Source: Phoronis australis (taxonomy: Eukaryota > Animalia > Phoronida). Taken from it: a stretch of 64,000 nt of DNA. The stretch is from the NCBI GenBank assembly GCA_002633005.1, contig NMRA01000001.1:3517695-3581694 (forward strand), read 5' to 3'. Shown here piece by piece: positions 35,316 to 48,500 of the stretch. Numbering within the stretch: position 1 is the first letter of the stretch; each line of letters opens with the position of its first letter. The notes under the pieces were generated by a model. It had not been told where the DNA came from. It made no database searches and saw only the letters and a list, made by a program, of their open reading frames with translations. A program made the position numbers and the translations under genes.

Positions 35316-38300
35316 AACATCGAACGTGATTAAGTCGACGTAGAGATTGATATTATTTTAATTTAAGATTTTTTATCAATGTAACATAAGTCTATGCTAG
35401 CTAACAGGAAAGCAGTGAGCTGCATGAATTTTTTGAAAGTGTACATTTTATCTCTAGTTGCTTACGGGAAGGTGAAGGTAAACTCTTATCTGAACGACTA
35501 AGGTGCAGAATTAAATGAAACATAACGTGACGTTAATTCATCCTTTAGAATTTAGAAAAGAAAGCAAAAATGCTTAAGCTTCAGTGAAATGTTTTTATTT
35601 TTTGACATTTTTTTGTATTTACGCATGCAAAATGCGCTTCTATTTTTTAGGCAACAAGTTAAAATAATGCAGAGTATTTCAACTTAATTTCAAACAATTA
35701 AAATTCAGCGTTTATGTTGATTTGAAGTTGGAAACGACACAAAAGCACAAAGAACATGTTGTTAAAGATGGCATAAAAGTCTCCTTTGAAAACCTACTTA
35801 ATTGGTACAGTGATACAGCTAATGAATTGCACGCAAGCAAACAGTCCTTACCCTTCTGAATTCAAATTCCACGGTCTTGAATTTAATTGTATCAAAATTC
35901 TTCAGAAATCATTTCAAATAAAACGTTTTGGTACACGATAAAACCTTCCTTTCTATTTCGCAGGCTTAGTTGGAATAGCACTTGGAATTCTTGATATAAT
36001 TTGTGCATCTAAGGTCTTTTTAAACGTGCACTTCTCTTTTGATCGACGCGTGTCAATAAAACAGACGACTTATTTTCTATTTGAATCTGTGGCAGACGAT
36101 CAGATCAAATTTACCCCTATCCTTCAGACGCCCGCTGTGAATATTTCGCCGATGAAGTCATCAGGATTTCACTGTCTTTACTTAGAAATTCTACGACCCT
36201 GTGGGTTTGTATAAACTTTCCACACACACCTATGGCGCATCTATGGCAGGCGGTATGCTAATCCAGCAATTCGAGCATTAACAATTGTAAGAACTTCGAG
36301 AATTTTAAAGTTATTTGACACAGAGATAGTTGAAGTGCGTTGAAGCGCGCTACTCTCAAAGTGACCGAAACAGGTAGATTAACCGCCATTAAAATTATGT
36401 CAAGCCAAATGCTCCAAATATTTCTCCCTAGCTTGTACCTCTGACTATAAAACGGGTTTGTGGTCCGAGGTTTTTGCTTATATGTTGCGCTCACAGCCGA
36501 TTTAGAATGAGCAAAGCACAACATCGTACTGAAATCATTCATTTGTGCAGCATTCCTGGAGATGCATGCAAGCAAAAGTTAATAACATCAATTAGCGTGT
36601 AGGTTGCATTTCACGATAGTCCCGCGACTTTTAAATTGAGCCCTCTTCACACTTCTGCGGTGGAATTACAATAGCTGGCTATTACGGTGTCTTGTAACAG
36701 TTTAGTTACTCATTGGAAAGCTACGCGCTCTACTGTTCATAGCGGCAATAACTGTACCAAAGTACTTGCTGCTCGTGCCGTTCTTCAGTAGTTCTGCTCT
36801 GTCTAAAACAACGTGCTATGGCGGCAGGCGATTGACATTAATTTGGCAACCGGGAGTTGGAGGGCCCAATTTACAAGAGCATGCCATTTGGTCGAAATAT
36901 AAAAATTGAGATCTAAAAGTGCAGATTGAACCGTTAACTTAGATTACCTGTCTTGGATTGTATACATGTGTATGATTAAAAAACGGTGTTTACATAAGTA
37001 AAATATTTGATAACCTAATACTTACAAATAATTTGTCTTTTTATTGTAAACAAATGTTGCAAATTAACAATAAAATCACGGACTCAGCTATTAAAATGGC
37101 ATTTTCGGCGACAAAAATGTTTTCCTGAGATCAGCTCCAGTATGAACTCGAAGCTGATGCACGCGCGTCGCAGTCAAATCTTCTGCTATCTTAATAAAAT
37201 CTGATGAAGCCATCAGCTTCGATTTTAACGAATCCCTTGCAGAGAACAGTGAGATTTGGCGATTTGTAATGAAATCACAAAACAAAACGGAGTTTGTTGT
37301 TTTATTGCCCTGGTCAAAACTAATAACTTCAAAACATCTATACCACGCAACATTCCTAAAATTGCGCTTTCGGACGTACGAACGACACTGTTCCTTTAAG
37401 GCACGTGATAAATAGTTATTGTTTCATATAAATATTAGTTCTGGCTTTTGTAAAACCTTTTACTCTTCTGCTTATGATAGATATAATAAAATACCTCAAA
37501 GTGACGAGAAACTGTCAACTTCGACTCATTAGTCTCAACCCGTCTTCAAGAGCGAGACTTGCGATGTAACAGTGAATCGGCTAACTGAAGCTGACTCGCT
37601 CGCTTGTGTACCAGTGAGAATCATTTAATTGATCTCGGAATTTTAAAAGCGCACAGGAGCCGTGAAGACACAATTGAAAGTCTAAAAAATACCCTGAGGG
37701 TAAATTTAGCTTAGGAGATCTAAGTGAGGCGAATAACTCGCGTGATTATAGTACATAAAGCAACAAACAAAACAGGTGAATTAAAAAATTTAAACACCTG
37801 TGTTAGACTACTCATACCTGAGGCTAGGGCAGTGTAAACGGTGACCACCACTATCTTAATAGCTTACCTTTGTCAAATCTCTCTGGAATGTCAGGCACGC
37901 GAAACTTTTGTGAATAAAACTAACTATTATGATTTCGTGAATTATGATATTCCGTTTGTCGATTCCGCCCCATACCAACAACGTACTATTTCTGTTTACG
38001 GTTTGCTGGTTAACTGTATCGAACCATATTCTGAAAACGCCATTCTTTCGCGGAATGCCTTCTTGAAGCAGGAAGTGCCAATCTCGAGAGACTGTTGTTT
38101 TATTTTAACATTCCCAAGCTGCTAACGAGATTGAAATTAATTGCATACCTATCTGAATATCTTACTCGATGCATCCTTTTGCTTGTCGATTTCTCCGTAC
38201 GTACATGAACCACAGAGAAAGCCCGCCGACTGTAGGTGTAGTTCAGAAAACCACGACTTGCTCAAAACTCGATTCCTCGTCGACCAGTGACACAGATCAT

Positions 38301-41300
38301 TACCGCATTAAATAACATAATTAGATCCGTGTCATATATCCTCGAATATTTTCCTTGACAAAAAGCGTTATTGACCATACGCCCTCGTTTAGTTGCAAAT
38401 GTGAACGATCGACTGAACACTCACCATTATCCGCCGTGTACCAATTGTGAGTAAGTTCGAACATCTAAAAGTAGGTTTTTATATACAAATATTAGCGTAG
38501 GCATTATTTCTATAAAAATGATTAATTTTTGGTTAATTACCACTTTCTGCTGTCTATTTCCTAATATGGATTGCTGCTGAGGTATTTGTACTATTTTTAA
38601 TTTTACATCATTCATCGTCGTACCGCACCTATGAATGTGAGTTTAACTCCATTTTGTCGCTAAACCTTTTAATGTTACTATGAGTGGTATTTAAATATAA
38701 TTATCACTAAATCGTCAGAACCCTACGACCTCTATATGTATGATGCAAACATACAAATGTCTACTTCCGAAGACTGCTGACGTGATGTGAGAATCAAAAC
38801 TAGAATTGTCTGAAGCTAAATTAACTTTCTATGACCGCCCGATTGAGCTCATACAGGCAAAAGCACATATCAGTTGTTATAAGTTTTAAATTTAAGTTTA
38901 AAATTTGACATTTTTGCAAACGCATTTTCTTGCTAATGTGTTTGAGGATTTTTACATTATGTCTTACCGGAACTTTCGGACAGTAGTCCCCACTGCTTTT
39001 ATGCAGAAAATGGTTCATTTTTTTACCTTGCTAGTACTCCAAATTGAAGCCCACGCGGACCATGGAAATATTTTTTAAAACTTTTTTATGCCATCCGAAC
39101 ATCAGTTGTCATTTTTAATTTATTACTTTACTTCTACCATAGTCTTATCTATCTGAATGGATGTATTTCTTAGTATGTTGTATTGTGTTATGTTGTACTG
39201 GTATTATTCGGTATTGTATTATTTGTTAAATAAATCAACCGTCATTCGATTGAAAAAGGGGACCTAGAAACGGAGAAATTATCATAAAATATGTCACGAG
39301 GAGAGTTTTTCTAGTCGCAAGTTTGGCTCAATGGCTTATAATTACAACTCAACGCGGATCTTAATCAACTAACTGCGAACAAGAATAGATATTCCGTTGT
39401 TTACATCGTTTTTAGAAACATACACTGAAAAACAGTGAGACAATCATCCCTGTTAGTCCAGCTGTTGTGTTTGCACACCTGTTATCGGAAGCTAGTCTTG
39501 GCAGCTTGCTCACGTTCACCTCATCCATCCTACTCGGGAAAACATCAGAGAACACCACACGCCGAGATTTAAACGCATCCACGCACGCCGGTAAGCGATT
39601 GTCTCTGAGCACCAATTGAACTTGCATGATTTCCCCTCATTTACAGAAATAAAACCACACTGAAATTAAACTACACTCGTCAGATTACCTTCGGTAAAAA
39701 GTGTCCCACTGTTCTTTTACAACCTACATGCTGTAGATGATAAATAACCTTTCCCTATTGGTGTTCAACACATACCACCTACGAGATTCATGTCACCACG
39801 ATGAACATTGAATCCCCGCGTAATAGAATTAGCACTGTCGAACTATGTCAAATTTTAGACGTGGCTCCGAATATACGTAGTTGCAAACATTCGAGAATGA
39901 AAAAACGGGACACCAGAACTGACAATGTGGGCATCTGGGTCTTTACCAAAACGCAGGGGTGAAATGTTCGCGACACGAAACACGCGAAAATGGGTAGAAA
40001 TACGGGTACCGTAACACCGGAAAACGCCCCGATAGAGTTTTTTATTCAAGCTGAAAAATAGTGCTTTGTCGCGTTGTAAATCAATTTTTGCCGAGTATCA
40101 CGAAGAGGAATATTTGGATGGTGTATAGCGGGACGCAGGACAAACTTTCAAATAGCGGTACACTCCGGGCCGCCAAAAGCGGGGCATTACCGACAAAGTT
40201 CAGAATTCAGACTCGTGGGCCTGTTTTGGGGGCCCTGTTTGCGGATAACTCAAGTAGTTAACGTACTCTCGATTTCCACGGTCGCTTGGTGCAGAATGCG
40301 TGTTTACGTTTTGACTTTGCATATGTGTTCGTATATCTTAAATACACGCCTGATACAAAGCAGTGACCCACTAGTACTGTATGACCGTGACATCTAAACG
40401 CACGAGTAGGTCGCTGGCGGATCTAGAGGATCGAGGGTGGACAAAAATTTTTCAGTGAACGGCAAACGTATTTTTGGTTGTATCCTGAGGGATGTACCCA
40501 TGATTATCTCTACAAAATCCACCTATGACATACAGACGTCATGTCCTGCAACATCTAACAAATACTCCGCTGATGACGTCCGTCGTGTGTATTGCCTGAT
40601 GCTTTTGTTTCTTGGGCTCAACGATGGATTTATAGAGGGCAACGGGGACAATACGGGACTGTTCATATTGGAGCTCTCTAGAGTAACGAAAGCACGAAAG
40701 TGACTTCCGATTGATCCCGACTGAGATTTGGTGAACAAAACAGAAATCCAATTACTATATAACGGTTCATGAATATAAAAGCAGAGGAATGATTTCCACT
40801 GAAAGTCCCTCCCATTTCTTGATTAGTTTAAGTTCACTAATTTATCTTAGCCTTTTTGACACCAGCTGGGATCGAAATTTCCACGCTTTATCAGCCACAG
40901 GCGCTGGCTTCGGTGGATACTTCATCGCAGTGGAAATGTATGGAACATGATGTTCTTGTTCATCCAATGATACTTGAAAATGTTTACTTTTTTCGTAAGG
41001 CATTAGTACATCCCACCGCACATCAGTGGAAATTTGCTGACATAGGTGGAAAGGTTTAGGTAGAAATCTCCCGTTCACCCCGTTACATGGTATCTATAGG
41101 CGGTGCTGAATGCTTGTCCACCAAAGACATGATCGTCGTCTGGCGGGTTAGAGAATTTCAATATGACCGTGGGCTATTTCAAATGTCAGCTATTGCCCCT
41201 GTGCTCCTTCAAAGTTACTCTAGAACATCTTGCCCCAGAGTAATTTGTTCTCGGTCAGTTCAGCGTCCACACACCATGTAGGCAATATTACATCGCCGTG

Positions 41301-41399
41301 TAGTCAGCCGGCCGAGGGTTTATGTGTTGTCTACAAAACATGCACTTTGTGACAACTATGATGGCGCAAAAATATTAGGTAGCATTGAACAGCCCAGAT

Positions 41400-42017
41400 C
41401 ACAGTGCCAAAAATTTAAATTCTAGGAGTAGGCCAGGTTTGGGCTTAGTTTTGAGGTAGGTGTTGCCTAGCTGGAGAGTCAGTGAATCTGGTTTGTTTGT
41501 ATTTGTGAAAATGTTGGGAACGAGAAAAAAAACTTGCTCAACTGTAGCTGCACTCTTCTTCAAGATAGCGGCCATCTGTGGCATTTGTGCATTACTGGGT
41601 AGCGGCTGGGGAATTAGCTGCAATTTCAGGTAGCCCTCAAACAAATCAGAATTGCCAAAAAATAGTTGGTTGACAGCACTTTTGGACCACATTTTTGGAA
41701 TCTGTAGGAAATTTGTTTTCAGAATATAATGTTGGCTTATGCACGCACGTGGTGCATTGACAAGAAAGTGATGGTTTTGGGGGGAAAAATTCCAATTTTG
41801 TGGGTTTTTTGATCCTTGTTTTTAGTCTACCTTGATTTCTAGTAGGAGTGAAAGGGCCAACATTACAAGAAACAATAAAGTTTGTGTGCTCATCTGTAAA
41901 GCTTTTGATGTGAAATTACTCAAAATATGTCAATCTTTACACACGGTTTTTAACAGGATGAAGAAAAGGTGACAAGTCCCTTGATGTGTGTTTTCCTAGT
42001 CAAAATTCAGCTCTGTG
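41400..42017. mobile_element. Possible Transib-like MITE (CAC termini), CpG-poor
   Basis: Left end CACAGTGCCAAAAATTTAAATTCTAGGA; right end (reverse complement) CACAGAGCTGAATTTTGACTAGGA; no matching TSD. Confidence 0.3.
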
Positions 42018-45000
42018 CCCCCTTAGACACCCCGAGAGTAACTGAGCACGCGCACAGCTGACAATTACTTCCGCCTTGTCTGCATACTTGCTTCCACGCC
42101 ACAACTTTCGCTACGACAAGTTACCCTAGAGCAAATTTCCCTTCATTGATGAGGTGGAATTAGTTGTCACACATGTGTTCAGTTGCTCCTGCGCAAGTAG
42201 CATCCACATTACTACTAAACCTAGTGACAACTTGTTCTAAGATAACACCCTATGTGGACAGCATCGCAAGGGGGCCCTTAATATGAGAGAATGTTTAATT
42301 TCATAGAAAAAGGAAAAGAGAATTAATTATTTCGTCATTGAGAGCCCATTCTAAAGTGGAGGGGACAGAACAGCAACTGATACCCACCAGAGAGTGGCCT
42401 GCCTTAGAGTGAAAGGATCATCAATTTCAAAAAAATAATAAAATAGCCGGAGTTGATGTATTAACCGGTGGCCGCCTTGATATAAAATGATTCACTTACT
42501 ATACTTTCAAAACACATGAGAATAACAATTCATTCCATTATGGAAGCTTTCCTAAACATGGCAGGATGTATTACTGAACAAACAGGAAAAGAGAAGCAGT
42601 TGATTCCACCATCTGCCCGCCCCCTCCCCCATAGGGAAGGAGTGAAAGGATATTAATTACAAAAACAGGGAACGAGTGACAATTGATTTAATAAGGAAGG
42701 AAAAAACCAGGAAAACGGTAACAGTCGATTCCATCATCGGCACCCCTTCGATACAATTAAATTGCAAAATGCCGCCGATACGCGCAACGGCACTTTTTAT
42801 GCATGCTCTAAAGTTTGGTCGAAATCCCGTTTGAAATGCAAAAGCAGTAACGGGCATTTCCGTACAGGGATGAGAGAAAATCAAGAACGAGTCAAAATTG
42901 CGGAAAATAACGGTCAAATCACAAAATGCAGACGGCAATCCCTACGGTACTTCGTAAGCGTAATTCAGTATTTTACAGTATGGTCGAAATCTCAGAAATG
43001 TAAGAGGAGTTGCCTACAGAAAGTATGGACGCACGGACAGACGGGCAAGTTGAGTCTACCATAACAATGACCCCGTCGCCTTCGGCGGAAGATAGTAAAC
43101 GAGGGGCAGTTGATATCGTGATATCGTAATATGAAATTAAGGATATACTGTGTTTAAAAATGCATAAACAAAGCGGAAACTAATACTGTCAAAGCCCTTC
43201 CCCCTTTACCCACAGCTTCGTTAATATAAGCCGGCACCATGATTCCACAAATTCAAATGAATAACATAAAGACACAGCTTTACATTCGCTAAAATCGTCT
43301 TTTTGAATAAATTTGAATAATTGATATTTAAGTAATACTTTGGAAATCTGCGCCTTTGTGGAAATAAGCGACACATGCATCGAAAACATTGCCCACTGAA
43401 CAACTCGAGCATAAATCCGGCACTGCGTGGAAAGCAATGCAATTGGAGCTTTTGACACATGTAAATTTTGTACAGCAAAACTAATTTATGTTTTTCCGTA
43501 ATATGCTTTATGCATGTGACACACGTCGAATATGGCGTTTCGTTCATTTAATTAGTGACATAAAATAAGAATGGATATAACTAATGAGATTTCAGTAATT
43601 GGGCACACTTGTTGATCGCCTTTGCGTGACGTCAATTGAAGGACCAAACATGGAGAGCTACTGAGCGAACGTGTGTAAAAACAACCTAGAACTTATTTAG
43701 CAACACAAACCAGTAATAATTTACTTGTTGGATCTATTTGAAATCATATAAGGACGTAAGAGTTACTTTTTCTAGCCTAATCACTGTGAAAGCAAAATGC
43801 TTGTTTAATCGAGACATTCTTCGGTGGTGAAGGTACGGTAATGCATCAAATATTGTAAACCATTGTTGATCCCAAAAATGTGGGAATACGGCCATGGAAT
43901 ACGTCACGGAATACGTCATGGAATATGCCAGAGTCAGTCCTGGGGCCGTTCCATTTTGTAGATGATGACGGCTACCAGTTTTGAACAGATTACATCAAGT
44001 GTTATGTCGTAATTTCATATGTGTCTACCTTTGTATCTTTAAGAGAAGTACAATAGACATGCTAAATTCGGATGCCTCGTGCTATATATCCCTTTGTAGC
44101 AAATGTTGAAACATGTTTATTTTTAAACCTTTTTATTTGATGTTAAAAGGCGAGCTACCAATCCTTTTTGTCAATTCTGACTATTGCAACTACCCTTATG
44201 GTCCAAATGCTGTCTGACAGTACCTCACGTGAAACTGATAAGCACTCTTATAACATACCGTTTGCGGTGCACTGTGGGCGCACATCAACGCTTTACGTTG
44301 CTCTGGTTTTGTTGTGAGTAGCGATTCGCAGGCTGGGCTGCATACATTTGCAGTGATGTAGTCCTAGAAAAAATAGTGGAGGGTGGGGGCATTGAACACC
44401 AGAGAAGCAATGGCGTAGATACTGTTACGCAGTACTCTACCGAGGTATGCCATTTTCGTATAAATGAAACTGGTCGTTAAATTTACGTTTATACCACAGT
44501 ATGGAACAAAATGAAATTGTGCTGATGGGGGCGTGCCCTGATTGCCTACGAAGTGAGGAGACGAAGTCACTGACCCCACGTGCTCCCTCGACTACCCAGC
44601 TGTTTTGTAATAGACTGAGAATCTTGCGATTGCGTTCTGTACACTTAGATATAAGTGCAAATTTGTATAAAACGTGGCACTTGTTTTCTGACAAAAATTC
44701 GTTGCTGAAAAGCCATCTGAACACTTTATACAAACAGTTTGTTCTGACTATCAAATAAAATAACAACAGTTTTAGAGCCAATTAATTTATTATGTAGATT
44801 GTTTCACAACTAAATGAATAAATTTAACTTAAATTAAATAACAGATTTGGGTTTGATTTTACCAATATATACATTAATACAATCTTCAATAAAAATACAA
44901 CGTTGGGAAAAATAAATCAGATCTTGAGCAAAAATAAATAAGAAGATACGAATCATATCTTTGTCATGATGACGTGGCAGATGAACAGTTGACTGAACAA

Positions 45001-45229
45001 TGATATGAATTAACAAACATGTAAAGTCTGAGAACATAAAAGAATATGCGGAATCCGGTCTTTTATGTTCGGTCATGGTTAGAAGACTTGTCAATAGAAG
45101 TCTCTCGTCGACGAATCTTCCTTTCCAACAGGAGCCGTCTAGCGCGCGCTTGTCACTTCCGGGGAGGTTTGAACAGATGATTCACTTTGCATCACTGAAT
45201 CACTACGCGACGAAGTCGCTGCGTTTTCC

Positions 45230-45532
45230 TCAAAAGGGTATGTTTATATTGCAGTATTGGTGCACTGTCGATTCTCGACAGCAGTCTGGGTAAACGTTCG
45301 ATTTGAAAAATTTGGCGCATCCAAAACAGACCCTATGTCTGTGTGTGTCCCCTTCGCAATGGTGCACACGTTCTACAAAACGGGCAACTCTATTAAAAAC
45401 ATTCCTTTGCTGTTGCGTTCTTGCAATAACCTTTTCAAGGGGACTATTTGTCCTTGCGGGTCTGCACAAGACCATAGCGATGAAAGTCAGCAAAACTAGT
45501 AGAAACAACAATTGTCTTGTCGCTTGGTCCAT
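45230..45532 (-). CDS. Secreted Cys-rich prepro-peptide B (100 aa)
   Basis: Acceptor tatttttcag two nt before the ATG; signal-like MDQATRQLLFLLVLLTFIAMVLC; RVAR site; mature FVERVHHCEGDTHRHRVCFGCAKFFKSNVYPDCCRESTVHQYCNINIPF; same six-Cys framework as peptide A. Confidence 0.82.
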   Translation of the reverse strand: MDQATRQLLFLLVLLTFIAMVLCRPARTNSPLEKVIARTQQQRNVFNRVARFVERVHHCEGDTHRHRVCFGCAKFFKSNVYPDCCRESTVHQYCNINIPF

Positions 45533-48500
45533 ATCTGAAAAATACAACGACAGAAAAGTTGAGGATGAAGCTTAGAGCAACCACAGAACCGTCGGGCTGA
45601 AATTACTAACAGTGCCATTGCATAATGCAAGTGCAGTTAAACTTGAGGTCAACACCGAGTTCCCTTCTTAGCCACCTACGTGTTCGTTGAGGACAGCCAC
45701 AGACTAACATGTACAGTGGACTATACTTATCGTTTAAGCGACACACTTCGTTATTGCAAATTCACTTCAAATTCATATAAGTGAATTTGGAAAATCAGTT
45801 GGAAATAATCCGTCTAAATATTATCCATTACAACCAAAAAATACCCTCTCAAGATTTTCGTCCCCAGCCGCCGGGTTTTAGTTCGAGGCTTTTACATGCA
45901 AATCAATCGAGATGGGCGGCGAATCTGCCAAAGGTGAGAAAGTAAGGCGATGATCAAAATAAAATTGATGACGTCGTGGGCTTTACCAGACCAAAGAACT
46001 CTAAATAAACGATTTTTCTAGCTAATATTATGAATATAAACCAAAACGAAAATGCCACGTAAACAGCCTAGCTGTACAGTCTTAGATGAAACACTTCGTT
46101 AATGGCAACAGCGGTCCCATTGGTTGATGTTCGTCAGTATGCCACAACTACCCTGCACTCCACTGGAGGAGGGGGGGGGGGGGGGCGNNNNNNNNNNNNN
46201 NNGGAGCTGGGGGGGGGGGGGGGGGGGGGGGCGACACACACAACACGCAACGGGGACACAGACCCCTGTTCATTTGCAAAAAAGCCCTCCTCGACCGAAA
46301 CTCATTTCAAATTTGTGTTAGCCCCCCCCCCTCTATTCAATGGAAAGTGCCCAAAGGTTGTCCCTTAGACCCCTGTCGCCTGGAATTTCGACAATTCAGC
46401 GTCGAGTATTTCCACCTACGCCTGTGGCTGCAACAATCAGACACTATGTTTAGACGAATAATTCTTGACAGATAATTTTAGAGCAGAAATTAGTGATCGA
46501 TATTTGCACTTCTAGTTTCAAGTCTGACGGAGATATTGTAGGTTGATAAAAATACACAACTCCACACGGAAGATTAGAATTACGATCGCAATAACTGCTC
46601 GCCGTCAACAGAGAGAAAATTGAGTGATGCTCAGTCAGTGATTTGACGACTTTTATGTTCTAATCACAACAAAACCTTAATTAGGCGTGTAACAGAAGTT
46701 ATTCCCCGATAGGTATTTACCACTTGTGTAATCCAAATAAACACGTGTCTGGAATGATAATGAGAACATTGTGCTTTAAAGATACTCTTTCCGATTGTTT
46801 TCAATTAAAACTTCATAATTTGACCAGCTGATGCTCTGTTAACAAGTTATCTAATGTTTTTAGAACAATAAAAATTAAATGTGGAATTTTCAAAATCATC
46901 ATTTTTCTGTCGGTGCATCACTGTACTTCACGTTCACTGAATTTTCTGTTAAAAGTAAGTACATGCAGAATTGTAATCAGCGAAATGTTCTTATTTTAGC
47001 GATCTTTTCGATTGAAGGAAATTTCTGTTTTCTAAAAAAGGAAAATAGACGAAAGGCTCTCTGTGTAACGTAAAAAACGATTCGCGCAAGTTCTGTTTTA
47101 AGAAGCTGTTTATCAAGTCACAGATATTTAATTCTGTAATAAAGGCCATAGTTCACCAGTTGTGCGCACGTGAAATCCTGAGGAAGGTATTTGGGTCAAG
47201 TTGCCAAAACACACTAACGTTTAACAAGCATGTGGATCTGGCTATTTAATAAAGTAGTAATTTCAATTATTTCTATTCGGTGTTCTTCCACCATTATGCA
47301 AAATATCTGGTTTTACATATTCCTCTCGCGTCCTCATCTTCAAATCGTTTTAAATATCCTCAACATGGAACGGAGTGCTGAGTTGGGATGTTTTCAAGAG
47401 TAATTTGATTATTTCGAAATAGCATGGACACAAGCCATTGACCACAGATTGAAAATAGATTTGCAATTCTAGAAATCTTTACTTCCCGCAGCACAAACGC
47501 TAAGTCAATTACATTTCAGCAACAGGTAGTCAGGCACAACGCGGTCGTGTATTTTAGATCACTAACGTCGACCCATAAAATTGGAGACAGAGCAATTTTC
47601 AGTGACTAAGAATCTGTAATTTATGAATTTGAAAAGTTACCGGAGATCTATTCGGCATTTAATCAGAACTCAAATTGAATCTGCTTGCAAGATTCTGTTG
47701 CCATTCAAATCATAGTTTAAAGATGGAAGTTCTCATCTAATTATTGAATTTGACAAAAACAAAGTGACCGAGATCGCGTCATTGCGTTTTGAAAATCTCA
47801 AGAGATAAGGCAAAGCATGCTTTTATTTCTTACTAGCAAATCAATATTTTAAATATCCCACCGACTTTGCTCCATATCAAAAGGCTTTCCGCGATCATTC
47901 CTACGGGAATCACAGAAGTAAATTTATGTCAATAAAAATCAGCTGAAAATGGGAAACAGCCACGTACAACTGAATGAAAGGTCTTCTTCGGCTGTGACCA
48001 TTACGCTTACGTAAACTGTCGTCGTCACGTGACACGAGGAAAAATAGACTGGATGTAATTCTCAGTCGACGAATGCCGCCCTCAATTAAAAATCGCATAC
48101 TTTAATGCGACGAATGACAAATTAATTATGCATAAGAAATCAATGTAGCCCTCCGCCTGACAAACCACAATTGTTTCTAATAATTATGAGATGTTGTTGT
48201 GGAGAATAAGTTGGTTATTGGTCTCTAGAGGCATTGGAATAGAAGATAATCACAGATGCTGTTGGATAAATGATCTTGCATTTTTTATAAGAATGAGCTT
48301 TGACGTAATCTTTTAGTTTTGTTCAAATTGCTAATGATTGTTCGATAAATGTTTCATGTACGCCCACTGTTTAAACACGAGATAGAAAACAATCGATGGG
48401 ATTTGCAAATAACGCGGACCACTTAATGTATCTATATTTCAGTAATGAATGAAACTCTGCTTGAGCAGCGCTGTCTATTGACGCAGAAAACAGTGAAGTT

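Noticed and set aside
35050-35316. Poly-Met and poly-His ORFs
   Set aside because: Translations of a (GAT)n microsatellite.
40523-41078. Minus-strand ORFs between the peptide genes as exons of another gene
   Set aside because: No recognisable domain or consistent splice chain could be built.
41452-41473. let-7-like TGAGGTAG
   Set aside because: Only the seed region matches; the 3' part diverges and I saw no precursor hairpin.
43221-43547. Minus-strand C-x15-CFRC as a third peptide paralog
   Set aside because: No signal peptide and no downstream YxxCC-x8-C in frame.
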